DNA from: Auanema rhodensis | Taxonomy: Eukaryota; Animalia; Nematoda | Direction: 5' to 3' | DNA length: 64,000 bases | Assembly (NCBI GenBank): GCA_964057225.1 | Contig: OZ059895.1 | Coordinates: forward strand, 16,988,001-17,052,000 | Part shown: piece by piece, positions 12,866-26,551 of the stretch | How positions within the stretch are numbered: the first letter of the stretch is position 1 | How the letters are laid out: each line of letters starts with the position of its first letter | Translations under genes and position numbers: made by a program | Notes under the pieces: model-generated | The model's database searches: none | Told to the model about the DNA's origin: nothing | Seen by the model: only the letters and a program-made list of their open reading frames with translations

Positions 12866-15800
12866 ATGGTTTTCGAATCCATTGTTGCTGACCTACTGAA
12901 TCGATTTTTAGGAGACTTTGTTGATAATCTTGATTCTAGCCAACTCAATATAGGAATTTGGGGAGGTTTGTAATACTTTCAAGTCTATTTATCATGTTTT
13001 TATACGTTCAGGTGATGTAAAACTTGAAAATTTGGAAATCAAAGAAAGTGCACTTGATGATTTTGATTTACCGGTTAAACTTAAGTTTGGATATCTCCAA
13101 TCTCTTGTTCTTAAAATCCCTTGGAAGAATTTGTATACTGAACCTGTAATTGCTAATATTGATGGCTTAAATATCATTGCCGTTCCTAACAAAGGAGTTG
13201 TATATAATGAAGAAAAGGTTTAAAGTTCATAACAAGCTAGAAAACATCTTCGGCATTTCAGGTCAAAAAGAATTTGGCGGATATCAAACAAAAGACCCTA
13301 CTCCGCTTGGAGGAAGCGAGAAAAAACCGAAGAAAGCCTGCTGATCCTCAGGCAGACACATTTGCTGAGAAGATGATAACACAAATCATCAAAAACCTTC
13401 AGGTCGATAAGAAATATACGAAATATCAGTGACATTTAAATGGAATTTTCAGATCTCTATCAGTAATATTCATGTACGATTTGAAGATAAGTATACCAAT
13501 CGCCATCGCCCGTTTGTTGTTGGTGTTACTCTTGAAGGATTAGACTTCAAAGTCAGCAAGCATAACTCTATTTGTGAAAATATTTTCCAATTTTAGACCA
13601 CAGATGAAAATTGGAAGGAAACAGTACATAAAGAAGCTGTGAAAGTAATTCATAAGCTTGTATCTTTGAAAAATTTGGCGCTATATTGGAATTCAAATGA
13701 AGAATTATTTTCTGATTTGACTGACAAAAATGTAATTCGAAAGAAGTTGCATGATTCTATACATCGTGGGACTATAAAGCCTGATGGTTATAAATATAGT
13801 AAGATTCTATCTACTTTACGAATTTATGAGTTTCCTTTTTAGTTCTTGAGCCTATTACTATTAATGCCAAGCTTAAGTTGAACCAGAAACCTGAAACCGA
13901 TGGGACTAATTGGTCAACACCTAAAGTACGTCGGCATAAATATTTTTTTTCATATTGTTTGTTTGTTTCTAGATTGATGTTTCTGTTGACATGGAAAAGC
14001 TTGCTCTCGCAATTGGCAAATTGCAATATCAAGACGTATTATTGTTCTTAGAAGCTCAAGAAAGGTGCAAAGAAAAAGTACTTCCGGCAATATTTACTTA
14101 CTTGTTTTAGATTTAACTTAGCTGGGCAATATTTGAAATATCGACCACATCTAAATGAATACAAGGGATATTATGTTGATTGGTAAAGAGATACTTCCTA
14201 TTTTATTTTTTTTAAAATTAATTATTTGAGGTGGATGTTCGCTTATACATCAATTTTGGAAGAGAAAGTACGACGGAGGCGTAACAATTGGTCGTGGGAA
14301 CGCATGAAAGCACATCGAAAACTCGTTCGCGAGTACAAGTAAACAATTTAAAAAAATATAAATTTTCATCTGATGTGTTGTTAGAGATGCTTGGGTTATC
14401 CATCAAACAGAAAAATCTCCACCTAACCATGTTAAAGAGCTTGTTAAGGTATTTGTTTTTTTGGTTTTTTCTGATTTTGTTTATTTTTTTTTAGAAAGCA
14501 GAAGAGAGACTAGATGTTTTCAACGTCAATGTTGCTCGTCAACAAGCGGAAATGGAAATCGACAGACAGGGATTAACACGCTTAGAAGATCAACCTCAAG
14601 GTTGGGTTGCTTGGGGAAAAAGCTGGTAAATAACATGAGTTTTCATTGTGATATTTCAATTGACTACATAGGTTTGGAAGTAGCGGTGGCGGTGAAAATG
14701 CCAAGGATGCTGCTGATAAGAAAAACAAAAACATTGCTTCAAGATTCCAAGAAGCTATGACAGATGAGGAAAAATCCAAATTGTTCGAAGCCATTGATTA
14801 CCAAGTAATATCTTATTTGCTTATTTTCTTGAAAAAACAAACAACAATTTCAGGAAAATATTCCTCCAACCAATTATCCAAAGGAATTTGTAGAGAATAT
14901 ATTCGAATTTAATCTTGGACAGGTATTCGTACTGAATAAATTTAATATAAAAGGGTATTATACTACAGGTTGCTATTGCTGTTGAAGGAGCTATTGCTTT
15001 TCAACTTTTGCACATCAAGGCTGGTGTGCAACAACGACCAAGTGCAAATGCTATGAAGTGAGGGGAATACAGAATACAAGTTTCCTAATTCATGAATTTC
15101 AGTGTTGTTTCTACCATTCAAGAACTTAGGATGGATGGATGTGGAGCTGAAATGCTTCGTGTACGAGATCCATCACGTGCATGGTTATCACTCTTATTTG
15201 ATACACACCCTCTGTCCGGAGAATATGATCAGAAAGTTCAATTGGCTATTGCTCCTGTAAACCTGAAGTATCATGCACCTGCTGTAAACAATGCTATTGA
15301 GGTAGGAAAATGTATTTTTTAGATTTCAGTATCTCCAATGTTTCAGGTTTTCAAACCTCCAGAGTCTGTTAAGTTGAATCAGCTCACGGCGTTGGCTATG
15401 TCAAGATATGAAGAGGTTAACTCAAAATTGAATTAAGTAGCTCAGTTCTCAGTATTTTAGGTGAAAACTCGATCAGTAACTGGTTTAGCTCATGCTGTTG
15501 AGAACAGAAACAAACTTGTGCTTGATATCAATATCGAACCTGCTACGTTGATGGTTTCTGAAGGAGGTATCTATAATGTCAAAAAGCCAACAATCCTTGC
15601 TGATCTTGGTTTATTAACAATCAAAACTATTGATTCTTCTCTGGTAATTGCAATCTCGTTTCTTTTTTTCATAATTTCATTTGAATAGGAGAATAAGAAG
15701 TACGGTAACAAAATGGAATCATTGATGGATCAAGCTTATGATAAGTTCCATGTCAAATTAAGCAATGTAGTTATCTCATTGGCTGAAGATTATCAAAAAG

Positions 15801-18800
15801 CAAAGGATTCTGTTCATCTCGCTGATAGTCCTTTACACATTCTGAAGCCAACAGGATTGGACATTCAAATCCACAAAAGTTCAATTGATGACTTGAGACT
15901 GGCCAAGTAAGGTTTTTAGAAATTTTTGTAACATTCTCCTTATATAGACTGCGAGTAGTTGGTAATCTACCTGATATTGTCGTTGGAATATCTGATGAAC
16001 GCCTTCTTATGTTGTTAAGACTTCTGGATTCTATTCCTAAGCCTGAGCCTGAACCTGAGACAGTTGTTGACAATATTCCTCCAATAGCAGCAGAAACTAG
16101 GTTGAGAGATCGGGCTAAAATGAAGACTATTATGGAAGCTGAAGAGGTCAGAATTGTAAAAATAGTGTACATATAGTTTATATCTATAGGTTGAATCTTT
16201 GGAAGTGAAAGAAGCTCCAGCTTCTTCGGACAAGAAGGTTACAAGTGAACAACAGGTTCAGATTGAATTAGATCTTCATTTGAACCAGGTAAGCTTGAAA
16301 TTTTGAACTTAAGTTTAATAAGCTTTGAACTTAGATCGGACTTGTTCTATTCAAAGCTGATAACATTCTTTGCGATATTTCGATACTTCGTATGGCATGT
16401 AAACTTCAAATGAGAACTTTCGACATGGTGGTGATGGCAGAGGTAAGATTTTGCGTTTCTTCTTTTGTCACCCACATCCTGTTCTTCTTGTAGGTTGGAG
16501 CAGTACAGATTGAATTACCAATGTTCAGCTCATTGGATAGTAAGAGAAAACATTTATATTTAATTGACAATGAATCTGATTCAACATTAATGCAACTTAA
16601 GTTTGTTCAAGTATGTTTTGAAATGAATGCTGATTTTCTTTAATTTCAAAGTTATAGGCTAACTCTGAATCACCTTTCTTCAATACTGAGTACAATAGTA
16701 CTGAGCAATCAATTGAATTTAAGTTCAGTGAACTTAATGTTTCTTTACATCAGGTTTATAGAAGTATACTTAATTATTCTGAAAATTATATGTTTAAGGA
16801 AGGTTTGATGGAGTTGAAAAAGTTTGGTGAACATATTCAAGGAAAAATGGCAAATATGGCCAAAGACAAAGGTATATCTGAAAAAGACTCTAAGGAAGAT
16901 GGAACTGTTAGAAAGATCAGTCGTGGAATCAGTGCCAGGTAGTCTAAATCCATAATCTGCACACATTAAAATTTGATTATTCCAGTATTGCTTCGTTGGC
17001 CTCAATGACCAAAGAATCTCAATCAGAAGCTGCTGCTATTAAGAGAAAAGAAAGGAAGGAAAGAGCCATGGAAGCTGAAGCAGTATCTACTAACAGTATG
17101 AACTCCTCTTTTATATTTTTACATTTTTGTTTGTATTTTTAGTTAAACTTCGACTTGATGCTCAGGTTGGAAGCCTTGGTTTACTCATGGGTTCACAAAA
17201 GAAGGGACTTGAGACCCGACTAGCCATCCGCAATGTCAAGTCAGATATTAAAATGACTTTGAAGGCTACTGAAGTTCTTGCTACGTTGCAAGCTATTACT
17301 ATGGAAGATTGTACCAATGGAGCTCTTTACACGTTTGTTCTTCACTTGAATTACGTTCTGAACTTTCGATTTTAGCAAATTACTTTCCGTTACTGGTGAA
17401 AAAGAAATGCTTCGATTTGAAATGACTCAATATCAAAGAACTGAGAAGGAAAAGAAGAAGATGGCTGCATCTGACATTGATATGAAGATGAAGGTAAACT
17501 TTTTTTTCCAGTTTTTCCATTTATATTCATCTCTTCAGGTGCGCTTGGCTCAAATGAGATTTGTCTTCTTGAACCTTTGGTTAGCCCGTTTAATGGACTG
17601 GCTTGCTCCATTCCAAGAGGAAGCCGCAGCTGCAGCTGCTGCTGCTCAACAGGTTCCTCTTCAATTTGAATTTTTTCATTTATTTATATTTTCAGGCTGC
17701 TTCTGAAAGGGCTGCGGAAGCTGCTCAAAATGTTAAACAGATGCTTGAACAGTCACCTCCCAGGATTGAAATGGATGTTGAGCTTAATGCTCCAGTTCTT
17801 GTTATTCCTCGTTTATCCAACAGTCATGATGTTGTTGTTGCTATTCTCGGTAACATTCAAGCTAATTTTATTTTTTGAAATACTATTTTAGGTAATTTGA
17901 CCGTTAATAACAAGATCTCAAGCCACGATAAGAATCAAAAGGCTATCATTGATAACATGATCGTACGCTTGACTCAAATGGAGTTCAGTATTGGAAAAAT
18001 GAACGAAACTGCTACCATGGTTGAATCAACATGTGAAATTCTTAAACCTTTGACGTTCAATGTGAATATTAGCAGGCAAGTTTCCCTATCAGAAAATCTA
18101 GCTAAATTGTGTTTTTAGAAACCTCATGTTCGGTGTTGCTAAAGATGTTCCTGAAATCTCGGTCGATGCTCAAATTCCTGCAATCGAAGTTAATATGTCA
18201 GAACATGATTATGCTACTTTGATGCATGTAAGATACCTAGTTGTGTCTTAATGTATAGAAGTATGTTTTATAGACTTTGAATGGCAACTTGAATGAAGGT
18301 AAAGATCGTGAACCTGTCGTCATCGAAGAGCCAACTCTCAGTATTGCTCCTCCAACTTCCCCAATTAGCAAGGAGAAAGATCCTGCTGTAAGCTATTTGT
18401 TTTGAAAATATTATTGAATTTGATATTCACAGGATAAGAAGAAGAGTGTGTTTTCAAAAGAGGGAATTCCATCTTCACCCGAGCCTGAAGTTAAAACTCA
18501 ATATATTCGAATTCTTTTCCGCTTTGCTCTTGATCGAATTGATGCTGTTCTGTACACAGGTGTTTCCTTCTTAGTTTGTGTGATGTAATTATTTATTTAT
18601 TTTGGGTGGTGCCAATCATGGAGAACAACGAAGTGCATCTGATGCTTTTGCTGCTGTTCGTCTACATGGCTTGAACTTAAGCGGAAGTATCAAAGAAGAT
18701 AACGCTATGGACGTAGCTATTGCTATGGCTGCTTTCACCATGGAAGATGAAAGAAAAGGAAAAACCAAAATTCATAAGCTCATGGACAAGAAGAGTGGTC

Positions 18801-21800
18801 ACGATAAGGAACAGTTTTTGGCTATGAATTTCAAGCAAAATGCTGAACAAGACAAATTCAGTTAGAATCATTTAAGCTGATGATTTCTTAATTATTCATT
18901 TCAGTCAATTTGAAAATGTCTGCCTTCTTCTTATGTCTTTGTCCTGAATTCCTTGGATCTCTTTCGCGATTCTTCTCTGTTCCAATGACTGAGGAGCAAC
19001 TGGAGATCGAAGAAGCTAAGCATAAAGCATCTGGTGGTTCGAGCTCCGTGGCAGTGGCTCAAACTCGAGAAGGAGATGCTAGTGTTGCTCCTGGTGGCAC
19101 AATAACTTTGAGTTGTGATATGCAGGTTTTTATCTTGCTGTTTAGTACATTTTCTAATAAACGTTATTAAGGGAGTTGAGGTCATCTTGGTCGAAAACTC
19201 AATGGAGCCCGAAACTACTCAAGCTCTTATTCTTTCCTTCAATATCAAGATGGATGCTGAACCAGTATGCAATAAACTTGAATCTGTTCTATAACCGTTT
19301 CTTCAGACTGGCGATATTCAAAAAATGAAAGGAGGAATCGAAAAACTGGCTATTTTCAGCTCATACTATGCACTCCACAGAAGATCAGAAGTGACATATG
19401 AGGTAAAACTTGGCAATCTCGCTGTCGAACTTATTTTCTGAACTAGGTTTTGAAACCAGTGAATATTGGTATTGAAGTAGCAATGAACTCAAATACTAAA
19501 GGATGTGATGTTGCACTCCGAATGTCTGCTATGGAATTCCGTATGTCTCCTTCAATCATTCGTATGTTATCATCAGTTAATGAGGAATTCGCCAAGAGTA
19601 GTGCTGTGGTAAGGTTAATTTGGTTCTTCCTCATTTATGTTTATTCAACTAGGATACAACAATTGCCTCTTCTGTTCCTAAGCTTAAGGCATATCCCAAT
19701 TATTGGGAAAATAAGCTGATCAACCGCAAGAAGTCAGTCAACTGTACTTTTCCTAGTATATCATAATATGTTTTAAGATATTGGTTCTTCCAAGTACCTA
19801 CAGCTGAAGAAGCTTTTGACGAAGCTGAAATCGAGGAAAATGCTGACGAATATTCTGGTCCTCCAGAGGCAGCTAAAGTTTTCTTCGAAAGAATTTCTTT
19901 CACTCTTGAAGCTGGAAGTGGAACTATTCCTTTGCCTTTAATTTTCTTCGATTTACTTGTTGATGCTGAAGCTAAAAATTGGTCATCTGGATTACAAGCT
20001 TCTGCTAATGTTTCTATGCAAATGTCATATTATAATGAGGCCTTCAGGTAGAAAGAAACATGGAATTGTTAAATTTTGATTAATTTGTTTTAAGTGTATG
20101 GGAACCTGTCATCGAACCTGTTGAAACTGAAATAGAAAAATTCGAACGTTGGGACATCAAAATGCTGGTTTGTTAATCTTTTTCTTTCAATTTTTTAAAC
20201 AAAATCTGTATAGGTGAAAGGCAGAAACAAATTGAATCCTTTGGATGTCAGTCCTGTAATGGATGTGAAGATTGAAGCTGACAAGATTCTAAATGTTACC
20301 GTTACTAAATCTTTCTTGATTTTGTTAAACAAGTTAACAGAGGTAAATTTGGATTCAAGTAATATAATCAATGTTTAACTTTAAGGTTTTCGCTCAAGCT
20401 GCTAAACAAATTACTCCACCCACAACGAGAGTTCTTCCTGGAAGTTCACCTTTCCTCCTTCTTAATGAAACTGGATTAGTTGTCAAAATTACGAACTCTC
20501 ATGATCTTAAGGTATTTTAATACTTCAATTCAAAAACAATAATTTTTTCTTTTTTTTTTTGATTGAAAATGGAACATCAGAATCTGCTGAAGCCAGTCAC
20601 GGAGCTTTCGTTAACTTAACCTACAAAGAAGTTTCCAAACAAGATCTGGATAAGGTTCGTTAATACTCAGAACACTATTTTCATCAAATTTTCTCAGAGC
20701 GACATTCACCAGTTGATGGGACATGAAAATCAAAATGCTACTCTTCGTCTGGAATTAGAAGAAACTGTGAGAGAAGTTCAAATTGGACGTGCTGAGAAAA
20801 GAGCTATTCCTCTTCCAAAACGTAGTGATGCTGGAAAGCAATGGAAGGTATGTATCTCATCTTTCATCTTTTGTGAAAATCTTTGTTTGTTACAGATAAT
20901 TTCTGAGACTTCACTTGAAAATGGTCGACGTCTTGTTACCTTAACTTCCCACATTAACGTTATCAACAATCTGGATACTGACATGGAATTGTATTCCAAA
21001 AGGGATACGATATATGATCTCTTTGGTATTATTCCTGCAGGTGCTTCATATTACCTACCAGTTCCTCTACTATATACTCCTACTGGAGAAATATATTTCA
21101 AGCCAAATAATGACAAGTAACTAAAGTTTGTCCTTCAATATTCTTAATATTCTTCTCCAGCTGTGAAATGTCATTTGAATCCCTATCTTGGCATAACTTC
21201 GAAGCCACTCCTGCTCTGAGACAGTCGTTCAGATGTAACATGAATGAAGATTCTTCTGCCGGCTTCTTCTTTGAAGCTGTTGTTTCCACTGAGCAAGTGA
21301 TTGAAGGTTTGATTATGATATGAACCGTGAATAAGTCATAGAGTTACAGGAGTTGAAAACACATACGAATGCTATACTATCAATCTTCACCCACCACTTG
21401 AGTTCCATAACATCTTGCCTTGTCCTATCACTATTTTACATCCAATTGAAAAAGAACTTCTTCCTGGAGAGAACATTCAAATGAATTTGATCGCTGGATG
21501 CAAACTGAAGCTTTCGGCAATTCATTAGGGATATTCAAAGTTAAATCTCGTCTTCTTTGCAGGTTGCTTATCTTGGCGAAGCGTATATGTTAGATCTGAA
21601 GATCCCAGATGAAAAGAAAGATTTAGAAGTTGTAACTTTGAGAACGGAAGCAGGCGGAGGAGAACTAGTACTGTCTCTTCAGAGATTTCTACAATACAAT
21701 ATCTTTTTTAGCTTTTGGGTATGAACTGGTCTCATGAACATGGGGACCAGAAAGCATATCTTTATGCTCCATTCTGGCTCATTAATAATACATCTTTGCC

Positions 21801-24800
21801 ATTGAGACATAAGGTAAGTTGAACAACTAGATTTTCAATATCAGTACTCTGTATCTATGCCTTTGTGATATTGTAAATATGCATTCACGGCTTAACCCAA
21901 TGGGAGTTTTCCGTTGTTAACGTTTCTGTCCATTCAGGAGAGTGGGCGAGGTTTTCTTCCTAGCACCAGCGGATGTGTTCCCTGTCGAAAGAACGTTCCT
22001 GAAGATGAGGTGAATATGAGTTGCAAGTTGCTTTCTGTTCAGTAGGGGAGGTTATGTGTGAATCGTGTCTAATATATCTAACATAATCTGTTGAATAGAA
22101 TTTAACAGAACTTTTTTCTTTTCTCTTTTCATCGCTACGTATGCTCGCCGTGCTTGTTCTCATTGTGCTATAGTCCGGGTTTGGGTTATGATGTCCCTGT
22201 TTAGTTGTGCTTTGTTTGTTTGTGTATTAGCTCTAATATTGCTTAGATTTGCTTAGATGTTATGCTTGATACGATTCAATATCTGGATTTACAGACTGAA
22301 TCCACAATTCTCCATACACCTGACTTGAACCCGTTGGTTTTGCCATTCCCCAGTTGTGATTTAACAAAGAAGAAAAAGGTAAATTGAAGCTTGTATAGTA
22401 TTCTTATTATTTTTTGTTTGTTAGGCTTGTGTCAAGATTGATGGACAGAGTACATGGTCCGAGGAATTCCCACTGGATACTGTAGGTAATGCTATGCATA
22501 TTGTCTGCAAAGGAAGTGACAGAGATTATGAGGTACACTTTTCACTCTTAAGAATCTTTTTAAAGTTATTTTCACCATCTTTTAGCTTACAATCGATATC
22601 AAACTGTGTCAGTCTGGACTCACGAAGATCGTTACCTTCTCTCCATTCTATCTTGTTTCCAACTTAGGGAAATTTCCAATGGAAGTCAGAGAAGAGAAAC
22701 AGTCCAATTGGATTGAAGTACCTGCCCAAAAGTGTGTTGGTGTATGGCCAACCAATAGCTCAATTCAAAAATATCTTACTTGCCGTTATCAAGGACAGGA
22801 ACAGGAGTCTTTGCTTTTCCCTATTACTGAGAATATTGAGACCCTTTGCGAGGTATGTTTTTACAACGATTTATCCTGCTAATCTGATTCTTTTACCAGA
22901 TGTCTGGCGAAAATGTTGGTATCAATGTCTGTGTATCTACCAGTGAATCTTCAGTAGCTATTCATCTTTCGCCATTCGCTCCTGGAATGGCTCCACTGTG
23001 TATCATGAATCACCTCAAGGTTTTCCTTTCAGATGAAATACATTCATGCTTTATCTTTCTTTAGATTCCAATTACTTTTGGTCAAAAGAAGCACAAGAAG
23101 AGAACTGTTCAGAAGAATGAAGCTGCCTTCTTCACCTGGTCAAGTATTGTGGATAAACGTATTCTTGAGCTTGAATGTGGTGATTGGAAGAATGAAGATC
23201 TACTTGATAAGAACAGATTCATTGAAGTTCAACCTCAAAATGATGTTAGAAGGTAAACTTTTTGTTTTCCAGCGTAATGTTCAAGCTTGCTACTTCTAGA
23301 TTCGTTTATATGGCTAACTTCCTTATTGGTCGTCAGAGAACCATCCTATTTACTGATGATCTTGATATTGCTAAGAGTGCTTATGGATCTTGGGAAACTG
23401 ATTCTGTGGACATGCAAGCTGAAATATCTCTTCATGGTATTGGTCTCAGTTTGGTCGATAACATCGCCGGACGTGAAGTAAGGGTTTTCTTTGTTTTCTT
23501 ATCAACATATATTTTCATAGATTCTGTATATCGGTATATCATCGTCCGACATTCTCTGGGAGGAGGAAACCAAGAGAGGCCGTTTCAAACCATTAGCTGT
23601 GAAGTACATGCAACAGTTGGAAGATATGTATCAAGTTCATTTGCAAAATCCCGAATCCAAATTCCAAGTGAGTTTTTTCTTTGTAATAATATAACCTATT
23701 TGAATTGTAGGCTTTGGATGTAAATGAAGTAAATTTGAAAACAATGATTATGAAAAAGAAGAACCGTGCCAAAGAGGTTAAGATCAGAAGAGTGTTCGAA
23801 CAGGGTATTTGGATGAATTACGGAAAGAGTTCTCAGAGAACTCGCTTGCATTTCAAGTTGAACCATCTCCAAATTGATAACCAGGTTCTCATCTTCTAGT
23901 ATTCCTTAGATTAAACCATATCTTTTAGATGAATGCTTGTATCTTCCCTCGTGTTCTTGCAGTTGTACCTCCACCCAAAAGTGTTGTGGCTGATAATGGT
24001 AATAGCTTTTGTTGAACATATGCTAACTTGCTCTTTTCAGCCCCTAAGCCATTTGTTGAGCTTTCTTTACTTCAGAGACAATCTGAATTCTCATCTGTAC
24101 CAGAAATTGAGTATTGTAGAGTCCTTGTTCAAGAGTTTGCTGTTCAAGTATGGTTATCTCTAGTTTGTGCAATTTTTAATCGGATTTTAGGTTGATCTTG
24201 GTCTTCTGAATGCAATCTTCTCTTTGATTGAAAGTCAAGTTAATAAGAAAGCGTACGGAAAGGAATTATTCGATCAAGATATGGAACTCTCTGCAGTTCG
24301 ATTAGAAGATACTGCTCAAGCTTATAAGTCTTTGAAACCAAAAAGCTTCTACAACGATTTGCATATCTCACCACTTATGGTTTGTTTGATACATGTACAA
24401 CCAAAATGAAATAATTTTTCAGATCCATCTTTCATTTTCTCAAGGAGGAGGTAGCGATGAAAGCGGCGCTATTGCTATTCATTCAGAGTTCATCAACTTA
24501 TTCATCAAGAGTGTTGGTGTTTCTCTTACCGAATTGCAAGATGTTGTTTTCAAGTAAGCTCATTAATTCGAATTGTCTTAGTAAAAGTAAAATTTTCCAG
24601 ACTTGCATACTTTGAACGTCGCTGTACCTTCTACAGTCAAGAGCAACTTACTGCTGAAGCAACAGGTCACTACACCAAACAGTTTATGAAACAGGTTAAT
24701 AAATAATTGTAATTTTGACTGAAATCATATGATTTCAGTTGTATGTTTTGGTTCTTGGTTTGGATATTATTGGTAATCCATTCGGTTTGGTTAGAGATCT

Positions 24801-25973
24801 CTCAGCTGGTGTTGAAGATCTTTTCTATCAACCATTCCAAGGTGCTATTCAAGGACCTGAGGTTTGCTATCACAGATGTTGCTTTTAATCTTTGCTTTCT
24901 TTTTCCAGGAGTTCGCTCAAGGTGTAGCTCTTGGAGTTCAATCCATGCTTGGTCATGCTGTTGGTGGAGCTGCCGGTGCTGTAGGAAGAATCACCGGAAC
25001 TGTTGGAAAAGGAGTTGCTGCTCTAACATTTGATTCTGAATATCAGCGTAAACGTCAAGTAAATATAACTATCTTGTGAGTATGCCTCACCATCGTGTTT
25101 CTTCAGGAAGACATAAACCGAAAACCTCAATCATTTGGAGAAGGCATGGTTAGAGGTGTTAGAGGACTTGGTATGGGTGTTGTCAGTGGAATCACTGGTG
25201 TTGTTACTAAGCCTATCGAAGGAGCTCAGCAAGAAGGAGCTAAAGGTCTATTCAAGGGTATCGGAAAGGTACGCTTATGATTTTTGAATTTTTGTTTTAT
25301 TTGTACTTATTTAGGGTCTTATCGGTGCAGTTACCAGACCTGTATCTGGAGTGGTTGATTTTGCTTCCAGCTCTATGGACGCTGTTCGTGCTGTGGCTGG
25401 TTCCCATAAAGAATCTGCTGCTTTGAGGGCTCCCCGTGTTATTAAGACCGATAGAATAGTACGACCATATAGCTCGACAGAAGCGATAGGATTCAAAATA
25501 TATAATGTTAGTATATATAGTGATTAGAAGAAATTAAATTTATGTGTTTAAGGATCTGGATGGAGGAGCGCTTGCTAAGACCGATGAATTTATCACATTT
25601 GCTCCAATCAACACAAAGAATGTACTTCTGGTTACGAACAATAAATTGGTTAGAACTAAAAATGCTTGATGGCTGTAGTCAATTGATTTTAGGTATTCGC
25701 TAAACGAATGGATGTAATGGGAGCTTGGCTCACTGATTGGGCTACAGAATATACAAAGATGCATGAACCCATCTTTATTGAAAACGGAGTTAAGATTCTG
25801 TTTAAGGTAATCAGAAGTTTTTTTCTTATTTAATTTTTTATATATTCTTATAGGAGAAGAAGAGCAATTTCCTTGGACTTGGAAAGAAAGAAGAAGGAAA
25901 GATTATTCAATTCAAGAAAGCAGCATTCGTACAAGAAAAAATTCTTCAAGCTTTTAGGGATGCTACTAAATAA
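12866..25973 (+). CDS. vps-13: VPS13A/C-family bridge-like lipid transfer protein (many small exons)
   Basis: Chorein_N start [41 protein letters not shown]; [16 protein letters not shown] and LQIDNQ motifs; Gly-rich ATG2_C-like segment [20 protein letters not shown]; PH-like end ...QAFRDATK* (TAA 25971-25973). Frame traced across most introns. Confidence 0.95.
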
Positions 25974-26551
25974 GAGATTTATAACAATTTTCATTCCTTT
26001 CACCAAATTTATAATGTATATTCCCGTTGACCTACACGCCTTTTGTGTAAACTTTTATTATACGGTTTCATGAGTAGTAAGTATATCAAAGAACGTCTTG
26101 CCGTTTTGGCTTAAAGTGCATTTTCTATCGTTTTGTCAAAGCTATGTATCTAAGTCATAATATAAGTAAACGTTTTAACTCTATTCTTATACAAATACGT
26201 CATAGTTAAATTCTTTCTTATTTTACAGGAATAGATAAGAACAACCGATTTCAACCATCTGCACAATATAAATGAAGTACAGTATTCAATTAGCATATTA
26301 AAGAGTTAATTGATGAAAGGTAATTTACATATAAGAAGGTGTAAAAGTTTGCTAAGTTGCAAATATAAGCTGTATAACATATACAGCTAATTATTTACTA
26401 ATTATGAATTATTTACAATGAACTTGAAAAGCTTGAATTTAACTTAAATTCACAACTTTCAATTTCATTAATGATTCTAAGTTATACCCGTGATATTACA
26501 CAATGTCAATACGAAAAAATATATAAATATATACATATCTCTAAGTCTTAA

